A DNA stretch of 22,595 bases, taken from assembly GCA_964555985.1 (NCBI GenBank), contig CAZKUP010000012.1:1-22595 (forward strand). The letters run 5' to 3'. The notes under the pieces were generated by a model that worked only from the letters and a program-made list of their open reading frames with translations, did not search any database and had not been told where the DNA came from. Source of the stretch: an uncultured Clostridium sp. (GTDB taxonomy: Bacteria > Bacillota_I > Bacilli_A > RF39 > UBA660). This document shows positions 8,406 through 17,502 of this stretch, piece after piece. Position numbers and translations under genes: made by a program. Position 1 is the stretch's first letter; every line of letters starts with the position of its first letter.

Positions 8406-8875
8406 ACATAATTTAATACAAGTACAACTACTTGGAGTATTATTTTTGATACCATATCATTTATATGTAATAAATCTACAAATACCATCATAAGTACTAC
8501 TTCTAATAATAATGTTACAAGTCTACAACTTACAAACTTAGTTATTTCTTTAATAATATCTTTTTCTTTACTTTCAAACACAAATAATCTATTTGTAATA
8601 TATGCAAAAGTTACTGCACATATCCATGATAAAATAGATAGTATTATATAGTTTTTTATAGCAAATCTAATAATCCAATAACTTCCTATACTTACAAGTG
8701 TAGTAAGTGCGCCTACTATAATGTAATTAACTATTTCTTTATATTTTTTGTATAATTCTTTTATTTTTTCTTTATAAATTATATATATTACTATAAATAT
8801 TAATAAAAATATTAGAATTAATATGTTAAGTATTAATTTGTTGTCTAAATAAAATTTTAAAAGTATATCAATCAT
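8363..8875 (-). CDS. GtrA-family membrane protein (polysaccharide/teichoic-acid glycosylation, putative lipid-linked sugar flippase)
   Basis: Small 4-TM protein; …YIIVGALTTLVSIGSYWIIRF… is GtrA-like. ATGA start/stop overlap with the upstream yfhO. The true start may lie downstream of the tracked ATG. Confidence 0.6.
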   Translation of the reverse strand: MIDILLKFYLDNKLILNILILIFLLIFIVIYIIYKEKIKELYKKYKEIVNYIIVGALTTLVSIGSYWIIRFAIKNYIILSILSWICAVTFAYITNRLFVFESKEKDIIKEITKFVSCRLVTLLLEVVLMMVFVDLLHINDMVSKIILQVVVLVLNYVLSKIFVFVKKDLS

Positions 8876-11376
8876 TTTACCACTCTTTTCTTTTTAAAAA
8901 TATCGCTATAAATAATTGGAAGTGTAATCATACATCCACAAATAGAAACAATTAAACCTTCTAATAAATAAGGTGCGGTATAATTTATTTTTATCTCATG
9001 GTACCCTTCATTTATTTTAAATCCTATAAATGTATCATTTATTTTTTCATATTCTACTTCTTTATCATCTAAATAAATAGTAAAACCTTTTTCTTCATAT
9101 GGAATAGTTAATACAAAATATCCATTTTCTTTAACATTAATATTACCAAATATATTATCTCCTTTTGTTTTTTCTTTATCAATCATTAATTTATCAACAC
9201 TATCAACATAGTCTGTTAAATATTTATAGTCTAAAATTTCTACTTTTATATTTGATATTATGTATTTACCTTTCGCAAATTCTATATTTAATTCATCAAT
9301 TACATCATTAGATGATATTACATATTCAAATGTATAATTTTTATTATGATAGGTCCATCCTTTACAAGATAGTGTGTTTTTTACTCCGTTTATTGTTATA
9401 GATGTATCTCCTATTTTACATGTTTGTGAATATTCCATATCAAATGTTATAAATAATATTTTATTATTGTATTCTTTATTTAATTTTAAATTAATATTAC
9501 CATTGTTTTTACTTTCTATTACATATTTTTCTTCTTCTTTAGTTATATCTACATATTTATATGTGGCATTATAATCTAATTTTTCTTCTTTTATTACTGA
9601 TTTATATTCTTGTGACACGTTGTCATTTGTAATAATATTTGTTACTTTTGCAAAAGACTTTTCTGTTTTACTTAAGTTATTATAATCTTTAATATTTATT
9701 ACTTTAGTAGTAGAATATCCAATAGGAAGAACTTCTTCATTTACATATACATCACTATTTTCTATGTTAGAGTATCCAATTGGTACGCATTCTCCTATCA
9801 TGTATTTTGTACCTACAAATGTATTAAACAATATATTTTTTGTAGATGTTATTGCAGTAGAAATTCTATTTGGCATTTCGTTATTTATTCCATCTGTATA
9901 TAAATTATAATAATTTGAATTTTCTAAAGAAGAATAAATTGATGGTAAATAATAATTTGAATTAATTACTCTATTTATATTTTTCATACCTAATGTATCA
10001 TTTGCAACTCTATAAATATTATCATCACTATCTATTATTTTATTTAGAATATCATAATTATAAGTATTTAGTTGTTCTTTTAATTCATCCTTTGTTACTA
10101 ATTTATCACTATAATTACATGATAAACAAGTTATTAAAGAGGAAAATACTGCTATAAATATTAAATATGATTTAGTATTATATTTATTACATAAAATTAA
10201 CACTATAAATATTGCAAGTAATTCTAGTATAACTACATAATATTTATTAAATAATATAGATATTATAATAATAATTGAGGTTATTACAAATGTTTTTATA
10301 AATTTCTTATTTATTTTTAATTTATCTATAAATAAGACAATTAATAATATTGCAAGTGGTAATAAAGGTATTAATACTTTACCTCTTACATACATAAATC
10401 CACTTAGAATATATATTATTATTGGAAATAAAATTATAAGTATAAATATTATTGATAAGAATTTATAATTTTTTTCTTTAGTAAAAAACGAATATATTAT
10501 TGCAGGTATTAATATTGCAGTAACACCTATTGTATATGAATTATAAAGTATTTCTTTAAAACTTAAATTAGGAATAAGTAAATTAAGAATATCTACACTT
10601 TTTGTTATTTCTGGTCTTCCATTTAAAAGAGCATATAGTGTAGGTAAAATTAATACAGAAGATAAACTGATTCCTACTATAATTGGAAATAAAAACTTAA
10701 ACCCATCTTTTAAAAAGGAAGTAATTGTTATTTTTTTGTTTATTTCAATATATTTATAAATTCCATATAAAACGATACATATAATTGCTGCAACACTATA
10801 ATAATAACTACTCATTATAATTAAAAATACACTTAAAACAATTAATGTTTTTTTATTACTTTTAAAATAATTATCTACTCCAATTAATGCAAGTAATAGA
10901 AATGGCATGTAATTAATAAACATAATATGTCTATGAGTATGATAAATAAGTGGTGCACTTAACATAAATAATAGTGTACCAAAGAATACATATTTTCTAT
11001 CAAATTTATCATATAAAAAGTAATACATAAGTATAGCACTTGAAATAACAACTATAATCATAGATATTTGTATAAATAAAGACATATTTATAAAAGGAAA
11101 AAGATAAGATAATAAAACAATTGGACTTAGTAAGCCATAATATGATAAATTATATATATTTTCTCCAGCGCCTAAATTAAATGCAAAAGAAGGAAATATA
11201 TCTTTAGTGTCATAAAATAATGTTCTAAAATACTCAGGTATAATCCAATGCTGTGACTCCCAATCCACTTCTGAACCATTAACATAATCAATTCTAATTA
11301 TTGAAAATAATATTACTGAAAAAATTATTAAAATTATTCCAATATTTATACAGTCTTTTTTAGTAAATTTTTTCAT
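8872..11376 (-). CDS. yfhO: YfhO-family membrane glycosyltransferase (teichoic acid glycosylation)
   Basis: ~835 aa with many N-terminal TM helices and a large C-terminal extracytoplasmic domain, as in B. subtilis YfhO. Start moved to MKKFTKKD (ATG 11374-11376, RBS AAGAGGTG). Confidence 0.7.
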   Translation of the reverse strand: MKKFTKKDCINIGIILIIFSVILFSIIRIDYVNGSEVDWESQHWIIPEYFRTLFYDTKDIFPSFAFNLGAGENIYNLSYYGLLSPIVLLSYLFPFINMSLFIQISMIIVVISSAILMYYFLYDKFDRKYVFFGTLLFMLSAPLIYHTHRHIMFINYMPFLLLALIGVDNYFKSNKKTLIVLSVFLIIMSSYYYSVAAIICIVLYGIYKYIEINKKITITSFLKDGFKFLFPIIVGISLSSVLILPTLYALLNGRPEITKSVDILNLLIPNLSFKEILYNSYTIGVTAILIPAIIYSFFTKEKNYKFLSIIFILIILFPIIIYILSGFMYVRGKVLIPLLPLAILLIVLFIDKLKINKKFIKTFVITSIIIIISILFNKYYVVILELLAIFIVLILCNKYNTKSYLIFIAVFSSLITCLSCNYSDKLVTKDELKEQLNTYNYDILNKIIDSDDNIYRVANDTLGMKNINRVINSNYYLPSIYSSLENSNYYNLYTDGINNEMPNRISTAITSTKNILFNTFVGTKYMIGECVPIGYSNIENSDVYVNEEVLPIGYSTTKVINIKDYNNLSKTEKSFAKVTNIITNDNVSQEYKSVIKEEKLDYNATYKYVDITKEEEKYVIESKNNGNINLKLNKEYNNKILFITFDMEYSQTCKIGDTSITINGVKNTLSCKGWTYHNKNYTFEYVISSNDVIDELNIEFAKGKYIISNIKVEILDYKYLTDYVDSVDKLMIDKEKTKGDNIFGNINVKENGYFVLTIPYEEKGFTIYLDDKEVEYEKINDTFIGFKINEGYHEIKINYTAPYLLEGLIVSICGCMITLPIIYSDIFKKKRVVK

Positions 11377-11439
11377 TTTGCACCTCTTATGCACATTATA
11401 ACACATTGTAAGATAAATAAAAACATTTTAAAATAAATT

Positions 11440-11460
11440 AAGATATGGTATAATCTTAGT
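11440..11460 (+). promoter_or_regulatory. promoter for LtaS-like gene (extended -10 TGGTATAAT)
   Basis: AGATATGGTATAATCTTAG lies ~25 nt upstream of the GGAG RBS and the ATG at 11476. Confidence 0.45.
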
Positions 11461-11475
11461 TGGAGTTGATGCAGT

Positions 11476-13326
11476 ATGAAATTTAAAAACTTCATAAAAG
11501 AACATAAATATGTATTTTTAATGATTTTATCATTTTTAATTTTAGATTTTACATTAAGATTTTTTACAAAAAGTATTAATTTTTATAATATCTTTTCTGT
11601 AACACCAAATCTTTTTACATTTATATGGGTATTTTTTATGGTATCTATTATATTATTATTTGAGAGAAAAATATCTAATATTTTATATATAATAAGTTTT
11701 AGTATTTGTCTTATTATGTTTTTAGTGCATTCTATATATTATTCTTATTTTAGTAATTTCTTTGATTTTTCATCTTTACAATTTGCCAAAGAAGCAGGAG
11801 ATTACTTAGTAGATGCGATTAAAGCTAGTCCATTGTGGGTATTTATTACTACTTTTCTATCAATTACTTTAGTGTATTTTTCTATAAAATATACACCTAG
11901 TAAAAAGAAAAAATTTAATTATAAATATTTACTAATTATTATTTGCGCATTTATTTTAGGGCACCATGTCGCACCTATGTTTTTGGGTAAAGCTACTACA
12001 AATTGGGATGCTTGGAGAAAACCTAGAAATGTATATAATGTATTTAATGATAATAATAGAAGTATGCAAGTTGCTGGTTTTTATGAGTATAATTTTAGAA
12101 ATTTTTATGTGAATTTTCTTAAGAAAGAAGAAAAAGTTGAAGATGAAAATAATGCTTTATTAGAAGAAAAGTTTAATGAAACTATAGAATATAGTAATTC
12201 TTATACTGGTTTATTTGAAGGGAAAAATGTTATTTTTGTTCAACTAGAAAGCATTGATAAGTTCTTAGTTACAAAAGAAATTATGCCTACTTTATATAGT
12301 CTTCAAAATAATTCTATTAATTTTACTAATCATTTTTCTTTTGTAAGTGGAGGTGGGTCTACTTTTAATTCAGAATATATGGTTAATACAGGTTATACTA
12401 CTCCTATAACACTTAATAAAGGAGCATATACATTTAGTAAAAATAATTATTCTTATTCACTTCCTAATCTTTTAAAAAAGGAAGGATATACTGTTAATGC
12501 ATTTCATATGAATACACCTGAATATTATTCTAGAAATGTAAATTATAAGAGTTTTGGTTATGATTCTTTTAATAGCTTAGTTAATTTAGATAATGGTAAT
12601 TATTATAAAGATAATAGTTACTGGTTAGATACTGAATTAATTAATAATGAGATTTTCAATGAGAAAATTTTCAATACCGAACAAAAGTTCGCCAACTTTA
12701 TTATTACTTATTCTGCACATATGCCTTTCCAAGTTAATAAGGGAGTATGTAGTTTATTAACAGAAGATAAAGAAAAAGAATTGACAGAATATGAATGTCT
12801 AAAATTACAAGCAAGAGAAACTGATAATATGATTAAATTATTACTTGAAAATTTAGAAGAAAAAGAATTAATTGATGATACAGTACTTGTTCTTTATGCA
12901 GATCATTATCTATATACTTTAACTGATAAAACATTACTAGATCAGTTTAAAACAACTGAAAATAATTTAATAAATCATACAACATGGATGATTTGGAGTA
13001 ATGGAATGAAGAAAAAGAATATAAAAGATGTTACAAGTCAATTAAATATATTACCTACTGTTGCTAATCTTTTTGGTTTAGAATATCATCCAAATTATTA
13101 CTTAATGCCTGATGCTTTAGGAGATGATTATGAGGGGTTTGTATTCTTTAGTGATTATTCTTGGTATAATGGAGAAGTATATGTGGATAATGGTAAAATA
13201 ACTAATGATGGTAAAATATCAGAAAAGAAATTACTTGAAATGAATGAATTAGTTAATAAATTAGTTAAAATAAATGATGCTGTTCTAACTACTGATTATT
13301 TTAAAAAGATAAATAAAAGCAATTGA
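11476..13326 (+). CDS. LtaS-family sulfatase-domain membrane protein (lipoteichoic acid synthase / phosphoglycerol transferase-like)
   Basis: 5 N-terminal TM helices followed by an extracellular sulfatase/alkaline-phosphatase-like domain, 616 aa. Divergent from the gtrA-yfhO pair. Confidence 0.7.
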   Translation: MKFKNFIKEHKYVFLMILSFLILDFTLRFFTKSINFYNIFSVTPNLFTFIWVFFMVSIILLFERKISNILYIISFSICLIMFLVHSIYYSYFSNFFDFSSLQFAKEAGDYLVDAIKASPLWVFITTFLSITLVYFSIKYTPSKKKKFNYKYLLIIICAFILGHHVAPMFLGKATTNWDAWRKPRNVYNVFNDNNRSMQVAGFYEYNFRNFYVNFLKKEEKVEDENNALLEEKFNETIEYSNSYTGLFEGKNVIFVQLESIDKFLVTKEIMPTLYSLQNNSINFTNHFSFVSGGGSTFNSEYMVNTGYTTPITLNKGAYTFSKNNYSYSLPNLLKKEGYTVNAFHMNTPEYYSRNVNYKSFGYDSFNSLVNLDNGNYYKDNSYWLDTELINNEIFNEKIFNTEQKFANFIITYSAHMPFQVNKGVCSLLTEDKEKELTEYECLKLQARETDNMIKLLLENLEEKELIDDTVLVLYADHYLYTLTDKTLLDQFKTTENNLINHTTWMIWSNGMKKKNIKDVTSQLNILPTVANLFGLEYHPNYYLMPDALGDDYEGFVFFSDYSWYNGEVYVDNGKITNDGKISEKKLLEMNELVNKLVKINDAVLTTDYFKKINKSN

Positions 13327-13345
13327 TTGTCAATTGCTTTTTATT
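13316..13345. terminator. bidirectional terminator GCAATTGA-TTG-TCAATTGC
   Basis: Perfect 8-bp stem flanked by AAA and TTTTT, lying between the two convergent genes. Confidence 0.7.
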
Positions 13346-14003
13346 ATTCACTTAAATCTAGTCCAACAAATTCCTCTATAGGAAGAGATAAACATACACC
13401 TTTACCATCTGTTTTAATCCCTACATCTTTTGTAATTTCTTCCATAACTTTTTTTCTATCTTTACTTTGTACAATATTTAATACAATATCTTTTTCAGGT
13501 TCAATATTAAATCCTAGTACCTTAGATTTTTTTAACAATCCAAGCCCACGACCTTTGATAGATGTTCCACCTTGACATCCAACTTTTTTAGCAGATGTCA
13601 TTACATCTTCAAGAAGTCCTTCTGATACAATTGTCATAACTAAACTATATTTTAAATCATTTTCTCTCATATTTTCACACTCCTTCTTATTAAAATTATC
13701 ACTTAAATACTTATTTGAACTTTCTATAGGAATTGTAAAACAAATACCCGTACCTATATTAAATATATCAAAAACACTTGATACTTTATTTAATATTTCA
13801 CTACTTAAATAATCTGGAATAACTGCTAAAAAAATTTCTTTTTTTGTTTCATCTAATCCAAAATAACTAAGCACACTTAAAGATGCTGTGCCTGAAGCTT
13901 GCAAACATACTTTAAATTTAACATTATATTTATTTAATAAAGAGGTTACTTTCTTAGAATATCCCTTTTCTAATATTATAAATAGTAATTTAATATTAAC
14001 CAT
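13344..14003 (-). CDS. tandem P-II (GlnB-like) domain protein
   Basis: Two ~105-aa halves, each beginning like P-II (MVNIKLLFIILEKGY… / YSLVMTIVSEGLLEDVMTSAKKVGCQGGTSIKGRGLG). The start ATG 14001-14003 overlaps the stop of the upstream gene (ATGGTTAA), with GGGAG RBS. Confidence 0.55.
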   Translation of the reverse strand: MVNIKLLFIILEKGYSKKVTSLLNKYNVKFKVCLQASGTASLSVLSYFGLDETKKEIFLAVIPDYLSSEILNKVSSVFDIFNIGTGICFTIPIESSNKYLSDNFNKKECENMRENDLKYSLVMTIVSEGLLEDVMTSAKKVGCQGGTSIKGRGLGLLKKSKVLGFNIEPEKDIVLNIVQSKDRKKVMEEITKDVGIKTDGKGVCLSLPIEEFVGLDLSE

Positions 14004-15498
14004 TATCCCACTCCCATTCATAATCCACAATAGATTCATCTAATGACTCAATATATGATTCTTTTTTCAATTTAATATTATAAACAATACCTACTATTTC
14101 AATTGTAATAATTGGAATTAAAGAAACCATAGACGCTAACCCAAAAGCATATGTATATACATTTTTATTTAATTTACATGCCGCACCTATTGCCATTGGT
14201 AAAAGAAACGCTGTTGTAAGAGAACCTCCTGTCGCACCTCCTGAATCAAATGCTATTGCAGTAAAAACTTTAGGGATAAAAAACATTAATAAAAGTGCAA
14301 TTCCATAACCAACTAAAGCATAATAAATAAAAGAAGTGCCCGTATATATTCTTAAAATAGATAGTCCAGATGCTATACTTACACCAATTGCAAGTGCAAA
14401 TTTAAGTATACCTTTTGGAATATTTCCACGAGTAAACTCATCAATTTGATCAATAAGTATAATTACTGCAGGTTCTGCTATAGCAATAAAGAATGATATT
14501 ATCATAATAAGAGGTATTAATAAATAATTATTATCAAGTCCAGCAAAATACTCTCCCAAATAATATCCCATATTTAAAAATCCAACATTTGCTGCTACTA
14601 AAAATATTGTTAAACCAATTACAGTTATAAATATTCCAAGCATTATTTTACCAAATTCCTTCATTTTTACTCTTCTTGTAATAAAATTATAAATAACAAA
14701 AACTACTAAAATTGGAAGTATTGCTAAAAGTACATCTTTTAAAGATATTACTGCTTGTGATAAATAATTAGAAAATGAAATATTAGTATAAATTGAATTA
14801 TCAAATGCACTAGTATTACTAGTTTTAAAAAATAAACCAAGTAATAAAACCATAAGAATTGGGCCAGTTGATGCAAGTGAGATAAGTCCAAAACTTTCTT
14901 CTTTTGCTTTATTATCAATTCTATTTGAAACAAGTCCAATACCAAGTGTTACAATAAATGGAATACTTATCGTACCTGTTGTAACACCTCCTGAATCAAA
15001 CGCTAAAGGTATAAAATCTTCTCTAACAAAGAACATAATTACAAATATTATTGCAAAAAATATTATTAATATTTTATTTAAATCCAAACCAAATAAAGAT
15101 CTAAGCGAAGCAAGAAGAAGACACAAGCCCACTCCTAAACTAATTATTATAATTAATACCACACTAGATATTTCATTAAATTGTGATGCTAAAACCAATA
15201 AATCTGGTTCAGCAATTGTAACAACTGTACCAATAATAAAACTAACTATTAAAATTAACCATAATTTCTTACTTTCTACTAAATCTTTACCAATCTTATT
15301 TCCTATTATAACCATAGATAAATCAGCACCAAATGTAAACAAAGATGACCCTATTATAAGTAAAATTGAACTAAGTACAAAAGATTTAATTAAAAGACTA
15401 TCTATTGGAATAAAAAATTGTAATAATAAAACTATAATTAATACCGGACTAATTGTTTTAACTGAATCTATAAAATATTCTTTTATTCTCTCCATCAT
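13996..15498 (-). CDS. internally duplicated polytopic membrane protein, DUF1538-like (putative P-II-regulated transporter)
   Basis: Two homologous halves, each with an FDSGG(V/A)T(T/G)G motif and ≥12 TM segments in total. Start moved to MMERIKEY (ATG 15496-15498, RBS AGGGTGA). Translationally coupled to the P-II-like gene. Confidence 0.5.
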   Translation of the reverse strand: MMERIKEYFIDSVKTISPVLIIVLLLQFFIPIDSLLIKSFVLSSILLIIGSSLFTFGADLSMVIIGNKIGKDLVESKKLWLILIVSFIIGTVVTIAEPDLLVLASQFNEISSVVLIIIISLGVGLCLLLASLRSLFGLDLNKILIIFFAIIFVIMFFVREDFIPLAFDSGGVTTGTISIPFIVTLGIGLVSNRIDNKAKEESFGLISLASTGPILMVLLLGLFFKTSNTSAFDNSIYTNISFSNYLSQAVISLKDVLLAILPILVVFVIYNFITRRVKMKEFGKIMLGIFITVIGLTIFLVAANVGFLNMGYYLGEYFAGLDNNYLLIPLIMIISFFIAIAEPAVIILIDQIDEFTRGNIPKGILKFALAIGVSIASGLSILRIYTGTSFIYYALVGYGIALLLMFFIPKVFTAIAFDSGGATGGSLTTAFLLPMAIGAACKLNKNVYTYAFGLASMVSLIPIITIEIVGIVYNIKLKKESYIESLDESIVDYEWEWDNG

Positions 15499-15559
15499 AT
15501 TCACCCTATTATTATTATAAATGAAAAAATAATATTTGGGTACTATTTTTTTAACAATT

Positions 15560-15578
15560 TTAAAAAATGATATCAAAC
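15560..15578. promoter_or_regulatory. 19-bp palindromic operator-like motif ATATCAAACATATGTTTGT (copy 2, upstream of DUF1538-like gene)
   Basis: Exact repeat of 4429-4447. It lies ~62 nt upstream of the start codon and just upstream of a candidate TTGTTA-N17-TATTAT promoter on the minus strand. Confidence 0.4.
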
Positions 15579-15647
15579 ATATGTTTGTATTACACTCTAT
15601 GATTTATATAGATAAAATTTAATAAAAATATATTATAATAGAATCAG

Positions 15648-15758
15648 AAAGGATATTATGAATCAAGAAAAAATTGGAAAATTTGTTTTAGAACTTTGTA
15701 AAGAAAAAAATATGACACAGCAAGAATTAGCAATAAACTTTTTATTATGGTATAATTT
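15648..15758 (+). pseudogene. truncated XRE-family (Cro/C1-type) HTH regulator remnant
   Basis: MNQEKIGKFVLELCKEKNMTQQELAINF matches helices 1-3 of an XRE HTH and then derails (LLWYNLSG*). RBS AAAGGA. Confidence 0.5.
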
Positions 15759-15849
15759 AAGCGGATAGAAGATTCTTAGGATTTTATCTATAAAAAATTG
15801 CAAGAAACTTAAAACGCAATTATTATCTAAATAACTAGAGGAGGACAAA

Positions 15850-16335
15850 ATGAAAAGATGGATTAAAATAACTCTTGGGGTATTTGGTATTATAATATTA
15901 TTATTTATAATTGATATAGTATGTATTTTTACAATTAATAGACCTTTATTTGCTAAAAAAATAGATAATAGTATATATAGAGGAATATTTTATGATACAT
16001 ATAATTGTGAAGAATATAGTGTTCCACAAATAAAAGCAAAAAAAGCAAAATTTACTTGTTCTACTGTAAAAATTAATATTGGTAAAGTTATAAGTATTAC
16101 TGATACTTCAAAAAATATAAAAGATTTTGCTTGCGCTGAAGCATTAGAAAGTTTTTATGAAGATGAAAATTATACTTATTATTGGAGTTGTATTAAAAAT
16201 AAATATATTATTGTTAAATACGAAAATGGTTATAAAGAAAAAGTAAGTGATGCTTTAAAACATGGAACAATAACTACTCAAGATTTAGATACTTATAATA
16301 TTAATTATATTAAATATGAAAAAACTATTAATTAA
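15850..16335 (+). CDS. hypothetical membrane-anchored Cys-containing protein
   Basis: Strong RBS GAGGAGGA, N-terminal TM helix, 161 aa with 6 Cys. No family recognised. Confidence 0.5.
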   Translation: MKRWIKITLGVFGIIILLFIIDIVCIFTINRPLFAKKIDNSIYRGIFYDTYNCEEYSVPQIKAKKAKFTCSTVKINIGKVISITDTSKNIKDFACAEALESFYEDENYTYYWSCIKNKYIIVKYENGYKEKVSDALKHGTITTQDLDTYNINYIKYEKTIN

Positions 16336-16345
16336 GGAGGATGTC

Positions 16346-16966
16346 ATGAAGAAAAATGTTTCTATATTGCTTAGTATTTTTGCACTATGTCTTATAACAG
16401 GATGTTCTAAAACACCTGAATTAAGTTATAGTGGAGATGAACTATTATATACTTGCACTGATGAACAAGTAAGTTTATTTAAGGAAGATGTTAATGTTAA
16501 TATAACTGATAAACAAAGTTTTGCATATTTTGATAATAATTCAGAAATGAAAGAATTTACTGATGGTCTATTAGAATTTAATGAAGAAAATAGACCTGAA
16601 ATTTCAAGATGTTATTTTGTTAAAAGAGATGAAATAACTGGGAACGAATTTAGTAGTAAATCTAACATTGCATTTAAAGATTCAGCTGAAGGAAGTATGA
16701 AGTTAAAAATAACTGGTACTTATTCTTATAAAATAGTTGATAGCAAAACATTTATTGAAAATTATACAACTACTAACAAATTAACAAATGCAATATATAC
16801 TCAAATTAATGCAATATTTATTGCTAATATGGGTTCTAAAACTTATGCAGAATTATCAAATGAAAAAGAATTTGATGTTGAAAGATTAAATGCTTTAAAT
16901 TCAACAATTACAAGCAAATATGGTATAGAAGTAACTAAAGTAAATATCAACCTAGAGAAAAATTAA
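16346..16966 (+). CDS. putative lipoprotein
   Basis: Start moved to MKKNVSILLSIFALCLITGCSK (lipobox LITGC) with RBS AAGGAGGA at 16333-16340. A weak SPFH/band-7-like motif is present (YGIEVTKVNI). Confidence 0.55.
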   Translation: MKKNVSILLSIFALCLITGCSKTPELSYSGDELLYTCTDEQVSLFKEDVNVNITDKQSFAYFDNNSEMKEFTDGLLEFNEENRPEISRCYFVKRDEITGNEFSSKSNIAFKDSAEGSMKLKITGTYSYKIVDSKTFIENYTTTNKLTNAIYTQINAIFIANMGSKTYAELSNEKEFDVERLNALNSTITSKYGIEVTKVNINLEKN

Positions 16967-16974
16967 CTTTGTAG

Positions 16975-17004
16975 AAAGTCGTCAGCTTTCTTTTTTTCAA
17001 TATA
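16975..17004 (+). terminator. weak terminator-like hairpin after lipoprotein gene
   Basis: AGAAAG-tcgtcag-CTTTCT followed by TTTTTTC. Confidence 0.35.
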
Positions 17005-17289
17005 AATTAAATTATAGTATAATTATATATAAAGATGTTAAAAAATAACAAGCGAAAATAAATTATAAAAAAATTCAAAATGTTCAAAAGTAAATAATAA
17101 AATTAATAAGTTTTTGAAAAAAATTAATATTGATAAAATGAATTTGAAGAAAGAAAAAGATGTCAATAAGCTTTTTAAACTGTTAAAAGAAATATCATCT
17201 AGTTGTAATAATGAATGTCGCTGCTACTCCTTATTTAACCATTATAAAAGTGATATTAGAAGCAGTATTCCATTCAAAAAAATCAGAAA

Positions 17290-17316
17290 TTAAAAAAGGC
17301 AAAGTAAAAATGCCTT
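17290..17316 (-). terminator. minus-strand terminator AAGGCA-UUUUUACUU-UGCCUU + U6
   Basis: 6-bp GC-containing stem followed by UUUUUUAAUUUC on the minus strand only. It overlaps the 3' end of a plus-strand 51-codon ORF. Confidence 0.5.
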
Positions 17317-17349
17317 AACTAAATATGTATTTTAATTTAAATTTGGTAT

Positions 17350-17466
17350 AAAAAAACGACTTAAACTCTTTTAAAAAAGTTTAAATCGGTATTAACTTAT
17401 GGCACCGTGTGTGATCAAGTTTACAACAATACCTTTTTTATAAAATGGAACTAAGTTCCACTTGCT
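17350..17466 (-). ncRNA. candidate small RNA (~115 nt) in the 536-bp convergent intergenic region
   Basis: Minus-strand promoter TTGATT-N18-TG-TATAAT (−35 at 17497-17502, −10 at 17473-17478). 5' hairpin UGGAACUUAGUUCCA. GC-richer central segment closed by GGUAUU…AAUACC. Intrinsic terminator CGAUUUAAAC-N12-GUUUAAGUCG + UUUUUUU at 17350-17388. A second minus-strand terminator lies at 17290-17316. Confidence 0.4.
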
Positions 17467-17502
17467 GAGTAAATTATAACATATTTTAAAATATCTAATC
17501 AA

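Noticed and set aside
9374-9574. 66-aa plus-strand ORF
   Set aside because: Antisense within yfhO. Spurious.
13327-13575. 82-aa plus-strand ORF
   Set aside because: Antisense to the P-II-like gene and runs through the bidirectional terminator. No RBS.
14748-14945. 65-aa minus-strand ORF
   Set aside because: A different frame inside the DUF1538-like gene. Spurious.
15663-15848. 61-aa minus-strand ORF
   Set aside because: Antisense to the XRE HTH remnant and its SD. Serine/low-complexity start, no RBS. The plus-strand HTH reading is far more convincing.
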